A program made the translations under genes and the position numbers. Shown here piece by piece: positions 49,387 to 58,992 of a stretch of 64,000 nucleotides of DNA; position 1 is the first letter of the stretch; each line of letters starts with the position of its first letter. Origin of the DNA: Bacteroidales bacterium (lineage in GTDB: Bacteria > Bacteroidota > Bacteroidia > Bacteroidales > GWA2-32-17); NCBI GenBank assembly GCA_013314715.1, contig JABUFC010000011.1:589-64588 (forward strand), in the 5' to 3' direction. Below the pieces are notes generated by a model that was not told the origin of the DNA, did not search any database, and saw only the letters and a program-made list of their open reading frames with translations.

Positions 49387-52300
49387 ATGCGAAGTACGAA
49401 ATTGAGATATTATTTTTTACGCTTTTTATTTTTGTGCTTTTTATTTTACCACTTGTCGCTTTATGCACAATTTTACAATGGTATGCAAACCGATTTTGGA
49501 AAAAATCGGGTTCAATATCGTTCTTTTTTATGGCAATATTATCGTCTTCCGGCTTTTGATGTTTATTTTTACGAAAATGGTAGCAATTTGGCTGCTTATA
49601 CAGCCGAGAGAGCGAGTAAAATTATTCCCGAAGTAGAAGCCATAGTAGGTACTTCACTTCAGAATAGAATTATTTTTTTGGTATATAACAATCTTAGCGA
49701 TTTTAGACAAAGTAACATTGGACTTATTACCGGTAACGATCAATACAATATTGGTGGCACTACACAACTTATCGACAATAAAGTTTTTCTTTATTACGAA
49801 GGCGATCATCACTCGCTCGATAAACAAATAAAAGCGGCTATTGCAGAAATTTTACTCAATCAAACGCTTTTTGGTAGCGATTTAAAAGCGAAATTAACCA
49901 ACTCTACTTTATTGTCACTACCCGATTGGTATTTTAAAGGTTTAGTGTCGTATATTTCTGAAGAATGGAATTCAACAATCGAAAATATTGTTCGCGATGG
50001 TATTTTAACTCATCGATACGATAAATTTAATCGTTTATCGGGGCAAGATGCAATTTATGCTGGTCATGCTATTTGGTTTTTTATTGCTAAAAAATTCGGA
50101 AAACAAACCATTCCCAATATTTTATATCTGACTCGTATTTCTAAAAATGTTGAAACAGGTTTTTTATATACTATTGGTTTACCAGTTAAGTATTTAACAC
50201 ACGAGTGGCTCGATTATTATCAGCAAATTTACGAAAAAGATGAGGCTAAAAGAATTTTACCAAGCGAAACACAAGTTACACATAAAATTAAAAAAGATAG
50301 ACATATACGTGAATTAAGCATTTCGCCTAACGAACAATGGCTTGCTTACTCAACGAATTATATGGGACGCATAAAACTCTATCTTAAAGATATTCAAAAC
50401 AATAAAACTATTTGTATATATAAACAAGGTGTTCGGCTTGATCAAATTACCGATTATACTTATCCGATTATCAGTTGGCATCCTACGGGCAAACTAGTAG
50501 CTTTTATCGTTGAAAAACAAGGGACAAAATTTCTTTATACCTATGAGTTAGAAACTAAGGAACTTAATGGTAAAGAACTTTTTAATGTAGATAAAATTTT
50601 AGATTTCGCATTCTCGCACAACGGCTTTAACTTGGTAATGTCGGCTGTTAAAAATGGGAAAACCGATATATTTATTTTTAACAATGCTGCCAATTCTTAC
50701 GAACAAATTACGAACGATCTAGCAGACGACCGATATCCACAATATTTTGAACAATCACAAAAAATTGTATTTTCATCTAATCGTTTGAGTAATGCTTTAC
50801 AATCTGATAGCATTCAATATAATTACGATGTCTTTGTATATGACTTAAAAAATAAAGATACTAGTTTAATTCGTATTACCGAAACTCCATACATCGATGA
50901 TATTAAACCGATCTATTTTTCCAAAAATGAATTTTTAATTTTAAGTAATAACGGAGGGATATACAATAAATTTCATGCTCAATACGACAGTACTATTAGC
51001 TTTATAGATACAACCACACATTACCGCTATTTTACTATTTCTAAGCCTTTAACCAACTATGCTCGAAATATTATGGATCATGATTATTCGAAGGCCAACA
51101 AAATCAGCGATCTATTTTATTTTAAAGGTAAATATTTTTCGCAAATAAAAGATATTGAAACCAACGAAGTCAGTGTGCCCGAAGGTACTCCTTTTTTTAA
51201 AGAAATGAAGCGTTTTAAGGTGGATACTTTTAGTACCAAAGTAACGAAAAAAAATACAGATACACTTATTCAGTTATTAAGCATCGATACCAATAATATC
51301 GACATAAACAATTATGTATTCAATTTTCAACTCAACCAGATTAAAGGAAATTTAAACAAAAATAACGAAGAAAAAAACAACACCACTTCAAAGTCAATTC
51401 TAAAACCCATGATTTATCAAACATCTTTTTATACAAACACATTAACAACACAAGTCGATTTTGGTTTTTTAAATAATTCTTATCAACCGTTTACCGGAGG
51501 TCCGTTTTATTTTAATCCAGGCTTTAATGTTTTTTTTAAACTTGGCACCAACGATTTGTTTGAGGATTATAAAATTACAGGTGGTGTTCGGTTTGCTGGA
51601 AATTTCAATAGTAATGAATATTTATTAAGTTTCGAAAACTTAAAAAAGCGATTAGACAAACAAATGGTATTTCATCGTTTAGCCCTTAATAAACTTAGTA
51701 ATTTGTCTTTATTAAAAACACATACACACGAATTGTTTTATATTTTGCGATACCCATTTAATCAAGTTACAGCCGTTCGTTTTACGACTCAGTTTAGGTA
51801 CGATCGTTCGGCTTATCTTTCTACCGACATACAAAGTTTATCGCACAAGGACGACATTAGTACGTGGGTGGGGTTTAAAGGAGAATTTATTTATGATAAT
51901 ACCATAAACAAAGGAATCAATATTTTGTTTGGAACACGTGGTAAGTTATTTTTTGAAACCTATCATCAAACCAATGCTAAATTAAAATCGCTTTATGTCT
52001 CGGGTATCGATATTCGTCATTATCAGCCCATTCATCGTACTTTAATATGGGCAAGCCGATTGGCGGCTAGCAATTCTTTTGGTAAGTCGAAAATTATATA
52101 TTATTTGGGTAGCGTAGATAATTGGATAAATTTGAGTACAAAAATTCCCGTTTTCGATCCTTCGGTTCGTATCGATCCATCTCAAAATTATGTTTATCAG
52201 GCAGTAGCAACCAACATGCGAGGTTTTCCACAAAATATCCGCAATGGCAACAATTTTGTCGTTTTAAATAACGAATTGCGATTACCTCTTATTAAGTATT

Positions 52301-52608
52301 TAACCAACAGACCCATACATAGCGATTTTATCGAGAATTTTCAGATTATTGGCTTTTTTGATATAGGAACTGCCTGGAGCGGCGATTCACCTTATAGCAA
52401 ACAAAATGCTTACAATACCGAAATCGTATCGTCTGGTCCTATAACCATTATTATCGACAAAAAACGCGATCCTGTGGTTTGGGGCTATGGATTTGGATTA
52501 AGAAGCCGTCTCTTAGGTTATTTTGTTCGTGCCGATTGGGCGTGGGGCATCGAAAACAACATGGTGATGCCTAAAATATTTTATTTGTCGTTAAATCTTG
52601 ATTTTTAA
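49387..52608 (+). CDS. large outer-membrane protein: TolB-like PD40 beta-propeller repeats fused to an Omp85/BamA-like C-terminal beta-barrel
   Basis: Signal peptide. PD40-like units (ISPNEQWLAYSTNYMGRIKLY, ISWHPTGKLVAFIVEKQG, DDRYPQYFEQSQKIVFSSNR). C-terminus GFFDIGTAW...GYGFGLRSRLLGYFVRADWAW...LSLNLDF ends in an aromatic residue. Confidence 0.5.
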   Translation: MRSTKLRYYFLRFLFLCFLFYHLSLYAQFYNGMQTDFGKNRVQYRSFLWQYYRLPAFDVYFYENGSNLAAYTAERASKIIPEVEAIVGTSLQNRIIFLVYNNLSDFRQSNIGLITGNDQYNIGGTTQLIDNKVFLYYEGDHHSLDKQIKAAIAEILLNQTLFGSDLKAKLTNSTLLSLPDWYFKGLVSYISEEWNSTIENIVRDGILTHRYDKFNRLSGQDAIYAGHAIWFFIAKKFGKQTIPNILYLTRISKNVETGFLYTIGLPVKYLTHEWLDYYQQIYEKDEAKRILPSETQVTHKIKKDRHIRELSISPNEQWLAYSTNYMGRIKLYLKDIQNNKTICIYKQGVRLDQITDYTYPIISWHPTGKLVAFIVEKQGTKFLYTYELETKELNGKELFNVDKILDFAFSHNGFNLVMSAVKNGKTDIFIFNNAANSYEQITNDLADDRYPQYFEQSQKIVFSSNRLSNALQSDSIQYNYDVFVYDLKNKDTSLIRITETPYIDDIKPIYFSKNEFLILSNNGGIYNKFHAQYDSTISFIDTTTHYRYFTISKPLTNYARNIMDHDYSKANKISDLFYFKGKYFSQIKDIETNEVSVPEGTPFFKEMKRFKVDTFSTKVTKKNTDTLIQLLSIDTNNIDINNYVFNFQLNQIKGNLNKNNEEKNNTTSKSILKPMIYQTSFYTNTLTTQVDFGFLNNSYQPFTGGPFYFNPGFNVFFKLGTNDLFEDYKITGGVRFAGNFNSNEYLLSFENLKKRLDKQMVFHRLALNKLSNLSLLKTHTHELFYILRYPFNQVTAVRFTTQFRYDRSAYLSTDIQSLSHKDDISTWVGFKGEFIYDNTINKGINILFGTRGKLFFETYHQTNAKLKSLYVSGIDIRHYQPIHRTLIWASRLAASNSFGKSKIIYYLGSVDNWINLSTKIPVFDPSVRIDPSQNYVYQAVATNMRGFPQNIRNGNNFVVLNNELRLPLIKYLTNRPIHSDFIENFQIIGFFDIGTAWSGDSPYSKQNAYNTEIVSSGPITIIIDKKRDPVVWGYGFGLRSRLLGYFVRADWAWGIENNMVMPKIFYLSLNLDF

Positions 52609-52620
52609 AAACAATATAAT

Positions 52621-52983
52621 ATGTACGAATGGATGATTCTTTTAACAATTGGTTTAGTTGCAGGCATTATGGGAGGCATGCTGGGGGTTGGCGGGGGCAT
52701 TATTGTTATTCCTGCCTTAATGTTTTTTATGGGACTGAATCAAAAAGAGGCCAATGCTACAAGTTTGGCTTTTATGTTAGCTCCTACGGGCTTACTGGCT
52801 GTAATGAATTATTATAAAGCTGGTTTTGTAAATATTAAATATGCAGCTATTTTAGCAGTGGCTTTTTTTGTCGGAGCTTATTTTGGTTCGGCATGGGCTA
52901 TCAAAATGCCCGTTGATACCCTTAAAAAAGTATTTGGTATTTTACTACTTGCTACTGGAATAAAATTAATATTAGGCAAATGA
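52621..52983 (+). CDS. half-size TauE/SafE-family membrane protein
   Basis: 120 aa with 4 TM helices and the GGMLGVGGGIIVIPALMFF motif. Typical family members are about twice this length. Confidence 0.5.
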   Translation: MYEWMILLTIGLVAGIMGGMLGVGGGIIVIPALMFFMGLNQKEANATSLAFMLAPTGLLAVMNYYKAGFVNIKYAAILAVAFFVGAYFGSAWAIKMPVDTLKKVFGILLLATGIKLILGK

Positions 52984-54164
52984 TATCTGTCGATAAAATA
53001 AAACAATTGGCTTTTGAAACAGCTTTTCTTTTAAAAGAAATTCGAGAGCATCTTCATCAACATCCTGAGTTATCTTTTAACGAAGTAGAAACAGCTAAAT
53101 ATATTAGCCAATGGTTAGAAAAATGGGGCATAGAGCATAAAAATAATATTGGAGGGAATGGTATTGTTGCTTGGATAAAGGGTAGAGAAAAAGGTAAAAA
53201 CATAGCTTTTCGTGCCGATATTGATGCTTTGCCAATAGACGAAAAAAATGAGGTTCCATATGGTTCGGTCAACAAGGGAATTATGCATGCATGTGGACAC
53301 GATTTGCATACTGCATCGTTGTTAGGGGCATTATATTTGCTCCAGTCGCTAAGAAACGAATTTAATGGTACCATTTGGGGAATATTTCAACCGGCAGAAG
53401 AAAAATTGCCAGGTGGAGCAAAAGCAATGTTAAGCGATGCCTTTTTTAATGAATTATATTTTGATGCTGTAATAGCGCAACATGTATTTCCCGATTTGCC
53501 AGCTGGAGAGGTTGGAATTAGGGCAGGGCAGTATATGGCTTCGACGGACGAACTATATATTACCATAAAGGGTAGAGGAGGGCATGCGGCTACGCCTCAT
53601 CAAATAACCGATACGGTACTTATTGCTTCACATATTATAGTATCGCTACAACAAATTGTTAGTAGAAAAGCTTTGCCTACTATACCCACCGTATTGTCGT
53701 TCGGAAAATTGATTGCTAATGGAGCAACCAATATTATTCCTAATGAGGTTTATATGGAAGGCACTTTTAGAACTTTCGACGAAAACTGGCGAAAACAAGC
53801 ATTGCAACTTATCGAAAAAATTACCAAAGAAACTGCTCAAACCTTTGGTGCCGAAGCCATTGTTCATATTAAAAACGGCTATCCTGCACTTATTAACAAC
53901 GATGTATTGGCAAATAAAATATTATTGTTGGCTAAAACGTATTTGGGCGACGAGAATGTTAAATGGCTGGATATGCGTATGACTGCCGAAGATTTTGCCT
54001 ATTTCGCTCAACAATATCCAGCTGCAATGTTTCGTTTAGGAACAGGGGGAACAAATACAACTTCGTTCCCACTGCACTCACCGCAATTTAATATAAACGA
54101 AGATGTATATAAGTTTTCGCACGGATTGCTTGTTTGGATGGCTATACAATTATTAAACGATTAA
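52980..54164 (+). CDS. M20D-family amidohydrolase (N-acyl-amino-acid amidohydrolase/hippuricase-like)
   Basis: HQHPELSFNE, MHACGHD, QPAEE and GGHAATPH motifs. Its start overlaps the upstream stop (ATGA). Confidence 0.85.
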   Translation: MISVDKIKQLAFETAFLLKEIREHLHQHPELSFNEVETAKYISQWLEKWGIEHKNNIGGNGIVAWIKGREKGKNIAFRADIDALPIDEKNEVPYGSVNKGIMHACGHDLHTASLLGALYLLQSLRNEFNGTIWGIFQPAEEKLPGGAKAMLSDAFFNELYFDAVIAQHVFPDLPAGEVGIRAGQYMASTDELYITIKGRGGHAATPHQITDTVLIASHIIVSLQQIVSRKALPTIPTVLSFGKLIANGATNIIPNEVYMEGTFRTFDENWRKQALQLIEKITKETAQTFGAEAIVHIKNGYPALINNDVLANKILLLAKTYLGDENVKWLDMRMTAEDFAYFAQQYPAAMFRLGTGGTNTTSFPLHSPQFNINEDVYKFSHGLLVWMAIQLLND

Positions 54165-54167
54165 ACT

Positions 54168-54383
54168 ATGATAGAAAAAATTAAAAAACTTATTTTTACA
54201 CGCACCTTTCTGGGAGTAATTATAGGAATGGTAGGAGGTTTTGCATATTACTACTTTATAGGATGTAATTCTGGCTCTTGCCCCATAACTTCGAATCCAT
54301 ATATTTCTATTTTATATGGAGCTCTATTAGGTGGGGTTTTATTTTTTAAACCCAAAAAGAAAAAAGAAGAACAACAACCATAA
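54168..54383 (+). CDS. small two-TM membrane protein with a GCNSGSCP motif
   Basis: 71 aa, hydrophobic, with a lysine-rich tail, 3 nt after the amidohydrolase stop. Confidence 0.4.
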   Translation: MIEKIKKLIFTRTFLGVIIGMVGGFAYYYFIGCNSGSCPITSNPYISILYGALLGGVLFFKPKKKKEEQQP

Positions 54384-54492
54384 CGATATAAACAAACACA
54401 ATTTGATAAAAAAACATCGAAAGCAAAGAATATAATGAAAATATTTGTACATTGGAGCAAAAAATCTGATCTTTAAATATATGATGTGTCAA

Positions 54493-56937
54493 ATGATGGT
54501 TAAAAAATATAATTTGTTGGTATTCTTAATGCTAATGTTGGGATACACAACATTTGCTCAAAGTTTTATCGATTTATCGAAACCTGAAATTAAAAAAATA
54601 TATGAAAGGCCAATAGATCCTGAAGACTTTAGACCCGAACTATTGAATAAGCTGGTATTGCTCTATATTAATACCTATCGCGAAAAAGAAAAGCTCGATA
54701 CTTTTAGCCTTGAGACAATATTAATGAATGCTGCTGACGAACAGTCAAAATATATGGCAGAAATACAAAATGCTACATTAGATGGTGAAGGAAAGAAAAA
54801 AACAACATCACAAAGAATTAAATATTTTGGAGGTAGTGGATTAGGGTCTGAACTTGTTGTTAAAATGCCCATTAGCAAAGGGAATGAATTATTTACTTAC
54901 GGAAAAGTAGCTGATGATATTGGCTTTAAGTGGGTTAACGATAAAAAATCGCTTGAAATATTGCAAAGTACCCGATATGTTTTAGCAGGAATAGGCTCGC
55001 ATCTCGATGCCGACAAAAAAAAGGTTTATGTATCGATGACTTTTGGAAATTATACTTTGTTTAATCAAGGAGCCTCGTTACGAAATCAGCTTCAAGTACC
55101 TTACACCACCAAAAAATATGGTTTAAAACCCTACGACACAAAAATATGCCGACGTTGTGAAAAGTTTCGCAATATCGAAAATTTACAGCGAGGCTTATAT
55201 GTAAAAGAAGGATTTGTTTATTTTAAATACGATCAATATAAGCAACTTAAAAAGCTCTTAAAAGAACCCACAGATGGAATCGCTGTTGATTTTGTACAAC
55301 GCGAACAATATGCTTGTGGACACGATAACATTGTCGATTTTCGTTTGGTTAATAAAGGCATTCTTTACAAACGCCTTAAACCATCTAAAATGGAAAAGAA
55401 AAATTTAATTCAAGACGAAAAAGAGCGTAAAAGAAAATTAGATGTACTTATCGGTCCAATACCTCAGGGAATTAGCGATAATTTTGAAATGAATTTACTT
55501 GTCATTATTGATAAACATGTTTGTAAAGTTATTACACCATCGTTTGAAGACGAGGCTGCTGTTGAGTTTACTAAAGAAATTGAATTGTTAGCCGATACAT
55601 TCACTTTTGGAGCTCCCGAATACACACCTATTGTAGAAAAAGCACATTTAGAATTTATTGTACCTTTTGAACGGAACAAATATGATTACAAACCCGAAGA
55701 TATAGAGCCATTGATTAACAAGCTCAATGAGCCCGATTTTATTATTAATAAACTTTCTATCGAAGCTTTTTCGTCGGTTGAAGGAACCGACGAATCGAAC
55801 AAAATGCTTCAAAAGAAAAGAGCTGAAAGCATTGTTGAGGCACTTCGTCAACGCCAAAAAGCCAAGTTTATTACTAATATTGTTACTGCCGATAATTTAG
55901 AAGATTTTAAACGCGATGTTCAAGGAACTGAATGGGCCAATTTGGCTACACTCGATGTTAAAGCAATACAAGAATATATTAACAAAAATAACTTGCAAAA
56001 ACGAATGGAGCCCATATTGCAAAAACATCGTTATGCACGTATCAAAATGGATATTACTTACAGACTTGACCCCGACAACGAAGAAAAATATGTAGTCAAT
56101 CGTTTTAATAAATGTATTAAAGAAAATAATTTAACGCAAGCTTTAGCTATCCAGAAGTATATATTCAAAAAAGTAGTAGCTAAAAAATATACTAAAGAAG
56201 CTGTATTTGGTCAGCAAATACCCGAAAAACCCGAATTTGCAGGTCTCTTAATGAATAAGTTATGGTTATCAGGATTGCTTATGAATAAGTTGTGGCTCGA
56301 AAAATATGTCAATAAAGATGAACTAGGCGAAGATTATTGCAACCGAATTGCTAAGCTACACGAGTTAGCACCCGAAAACTTTTATATTCACTATAATAGA
56401 GCTTATTGTCGTATTTTGTTCGACGAATTTACTAACGATAAGCAAATGATCGATTTTCAGAGAGAAATTAGTGGATTATATGCCACCGGTTTAAAACGTC
56501 GAACAGTTGATTTACTCAATTTAGAATTTCAATTTAAGAAAATTCAGATTCTCGATACGCTCGATGAACCATCGCCCATATTGTTGGCAAGTTTAGATAC
56601 CATTAAAGCAATATCAAAATTAACGGAAACGAACTGGCAAAACTCATTAAAGTTGGCTTATATTTTTATGGGTCAGAAAGATTATGAATTTGCAGCCAAA
56701 TTAGTTGAACCCTATATCAATCAAAACAACATATTCGATGAACTTATTTTTAGCTATTTGGGCATATGTAGTCATTTACCTCATAAATATTCGTCGCCTA
56801 AATTTACGATGGCCATTAAAAAAGCTGCCGAATTAGACCCCAATCGATTATGTGCACTTTATAAGAAAAAACGTCTTTCTATACAATCGCTCGAAAATCC
56901 TGCTGTAAAAGAAATATTTTGCAAAACATGCAAATAG
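54493..56937 (+). CDS. large secreted hypothetical protein (possible CAP/SCP-like N-terminal region and OmpA-like segment)
   Basis: Signal peptide MMVKKYNLLVFLMLMLGYTTFAQ starting near 54493; the ORF-track start at 54445 is a TTG. The segment SIEAFSSVEGTDESNKMLQKKRAESIVEAL resembles the OmpA-family peptidoglycan-binding motif. Otherwise unrecognised. Confidence 0.45.
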   Translation: MMVKKYNLLVFLMLMLGYTTFAQSFIDLSKPEIKKIYERPIDPEDFRPELLNKLVLLYINTYREKEKLDTFSLETILMNAADEQSKYMAEIQNATLDGEGKKKTTSQRIKYFGGSGLGSELVVKMPISKGNELFTYGKVADDIGFKWVNDKKSLEILQSTRYVLAGIGSHLDADKKKVYVSMTFGNYTLFNQGASLRNQLQVPYTTKKYGLKPYDTKICRRCEKFRNIENLQRGLYVKEGFVYFKYDQYKQLKKLLKEPTDGIAVDFVQREQYACGHDNIVDFRLVNKGILYKRLKPSKMEKKNLIQDEKERKRKLDVLIGPIPQGISDNFEMNLLVIIDKHVCKVITPSFEDEAAVEFTKEIELLADTFTFGAPEYTPIVEKAHLEFIVPFERNKYDYKPEDIEPLINKLNEPDFIINKLSIEAFSSVEGTDESNKMLQKKRAESIVEALRQRQKAKFITNIVTADNLEDFKRDVQGTEWANLATLDVKAIQEYINKNNLQKRMEPILQKHRYARIKMDITYRLDPDNEEKYVVNRFNKCIKENNLTQALAIQKYIFKKVVAKKYTKEAVFGQQIPEKPEFAGLLMNKLWLSGLLMNKLWLEKYVNKDELGEDYCNRIAKLHELAPENFYIHYNRAYCRILFDEFTNDKQMIDFQREISGLYATGLKRRTVDLLNLEFQFKKIQILDTLDEPSPILLASLDTIKAISKLTETNWQNSLKLAYIFMGQKDYEFAAKLVEPYINQNNIFDELIFSYLGICSHLPHKYSSPKFTMAIKKAAELDPNRLCALYKKKRLSIQSLENPAVKEIFCKTCK

Positions 56938-57371
56938 TAAAAAACGTTATTTTATTTTTGTTTTTTAACTTAATTATTGTTTGTAGTCAAGCACAACAAC
57001 GTTTGGCGGTCGATTCTTTTTTTAATCGTAACTTAACTTCGCACCAACGCGATTCCATTCAACGGCTTATAGCGTATTATACGCACCTAATAGAGGCCGA
57101 TTCGCTTAATCAGCAAGCATATTTCGAAAGAGCTAAACTGTATGTCGATTTAGGCATGCAACACAAGGCCGTGAAAGATTATTCACGTTTAATACTTATA
57201 GATTCGCTTAATCCTATTTACTATTACAACAGGGCGATTTGCAGAAGTAAATATGGTTTTACACTCGATGCATGTAGCGATATGTATAAAGCCTCACAAA
57301 TGGGACTTTTGCAAGCACAAGAAGTTTATCAACGTAAATGTGCTTTATATAAGAATCAACTAGAAAAGTAG
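56919..57371 (+). CDS. small secreted TPR-repeat protein
   Basis: Signal peptide and 2-3 TPR-like units (QQAYFERAKLYVDLGMQHKAVKDYSRLILIDSLNPIYYYNRA). Overlaps the upstream gene by 19 nt. Confidence 0.5.
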   Translation: MQNMQIVKNVILFLFFNLIIVCSQAQQRLAVDSFFNRNLTSHQRDSIQRLIAYYTHLIEADSLNQQAYFERAKLYVDLGMQHKAVKDYSRLILIDSLNPIYYYNRAICRSKYGFTLDACSDMYKASQMGLLQAQEVYQRKCALYKNQLEK

Positions 57372-57375
57372 GGGA

Positions 57376-58230
57376 ATGAAAGTTCAGCATTGGAATTATT
57401 ATATAAAAAATTCGTTACACCAGTTGTACGAATACAACGAAGCGAAATCGATTACCGAATGGCTGCTTAGCGATGTTTTAAAGTTTAAATACAGAGTGCA
57501 GGTTTACGAAGAAAAAGATTATATAACAAGCGATTATCAAAATAAATTAATACAACAAAAATTTAAACGTCTTTTACGATACGAGCCTATTCAATATGTT
57601 ATTCATAAAGCTTGGTTTTGCGATTTAGAATTTTTTGTATGTCCAGCTGTACTTATTCCACGTCCCGAAACCGAAGAGCTGTGCTACAAAATTCTCAACG
57701 AAGTCAATATTCCCAATGCCTCTGTGCTCGATATTGGCACCGGTAGCGGTTGTCTTGCTATTTCGTTAAAGAAAAAACGCCCATTATGGCAATTAGTCGC
57801 CACCGATATTTCTAAAAAAGCCATTAAAATAGCCTCTTGTAATGCTAAGCGGCATCTGGTAAATGTTAATTTTATGCTAGATGATGTATTACAAACTACT
57901 ATTGCCGATAAAACCAATTATTTTGATGTAATTGTTAGTAATCCGCCTTATATTCCTGAATCCGAAAAAAATAAGATGTTAGATAATGTTGTAAAATACG
58001 AACCTTCGATAGCGCTATTTGTACCCGACGACGATCCTATTGTTTATTACCGTGCCATTATGAAGCTTGCAAACCATATATTAAAGCCTAACGGAAGTTT
58101 ATATTTAGAAGTGCACGAATATTATGCAGATTTAGTGATGCAAATGTTTGTAGAAAACTTATGGAATACCAATATTGATCTCGATATTCACGGAAAAAAG
58201 CGATTTATAAAAGCTCAAAAGAATGGATGA
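57376..58230 (+). CDS. prmC: release factor glutamine N5-methyltransferase
   Basis: SAM motif LDIGTGSGCLAI and catalytic NPPY (VSNPPYIPE). Confidence 0.85.
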   Translation: MKVQHWNYYIKNSLHQLYEYNEAKSITEWLLSDVLKFKYRVQVYEEKDYITSDYQNKLIQQKFKRLLRYEPIQYVIHKAWFCDLEFFVCPAVLIPRPETEELCYKILNEVNIPNASVLDIGTGSGCLAISLKKKRPLWQLVATDISKKAIKIASCNAKRHLVNVNFMLDDVLQTTIADKTNYFDVIVSNPPYIPESEKNKMLDNVVKYEPSIALFVPDDDPIVYYRAIMKLANHILKPNGSLYLEVHEYYADLVMQMFVENLWNTNIDLDIHGKKRFIKAQKNG

Positions 58231-58681
58231 TCTAAAAAATTGGTTACAAAAAATGCAGCATGTATGTTCGTCGAAAGAATATTGTAAATTCGATATACAA
58301 CAAAAGCTAAAATCGTCGAATTTAAATTCTGATTCGATCGAACGCATATTATCTGAACTCGAAGAACAACATTACATTGACGAAGATCGTTATATACACG
58401 CTTTTGTACACGATAAATTTTGGATTAACCGATGGGGAAAGATGAAAATACGTTATGCCCTGTACCAAAAGCAACTTCCGGAAGGTAAAATAGAAAATGC
58501 ACTTAACGAAATTACCGATGATGAATATATTCAACATTTTACATCATTGGCAAAAGCAAAATGGAAAAGCTTATCGGATAACGACGAGCCAATACGACAA
58601 CAAAAACTCATTCGATATTTAATGGGACGAGGCGTTGAATTCGAAATTGCGAAAAAAATAGCCAACGACGTAAATAGTTAA
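58223..58681 (+). CDS. recX: RecA regulator RecX
   Basis: 152 aa with three tandem helical repeats in a RecX-like pattern (SSKEYCKFDIQQKL..., IDEDRYIHAFVHDKF...WGKMKIRYALYQKQL). Confidence 0.6.
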   Translation: MDDLKNWLQKMQHVCSSKEYCKFDIQQKLKSSNLNSDSIERILSELEEQHYIDEDRYIHAFVHDKFWINRWGKMKIRYALYQKQLPEGKIENALNEITDDEYIQHFTSLAKAKWKSLSDNDEPIRQQKLIRYLMGRGVEFEIAKKIANDVNS

Positions 58682-58769
58682 TCACAAATTTAACCCAAGT
58701 GATGAATAAACAATTCAATCATGCTAACAAAAATAGTAATATTTTTTGAGTAATCGACTCTTCACCCAC

Positions 58770-58852
58770 CGTCATACCGAGCTTGTCGAGGTATAACCAT
58801 ACGCAAAACAAAATGGGCATTGGGTTCATTCTTCGACAAGCTCAGAATGACG
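58770..58852. repeat. 83-bp imperfect palindromic element (22-nt arms, 19/22 complementary, 39-nt spacer)
   Basis: The arm CGTCATACCGAGCTTGTCGAGG (58770-58791) pairs with CTTCGACAAGCTCAGAATGACG (58831-58852). From memory, the GAGCTTGTCGA core resembles REP-like intergenic repeats seen in many Bacteroidota genomes. Confidence 0.55.
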
Positions 58853-58992
58853 AGCCAAGATGGGGAAAAATTAAACGAATTAAGATCTTTACAAAACTAA
58901 AATAATACAACAGTATTCGTTATTGCAATTAAAAAATCAATCTTAACATGATAAAAACCGCAATAACAAAAAAGAGTTTTGCAAACGTTTTC

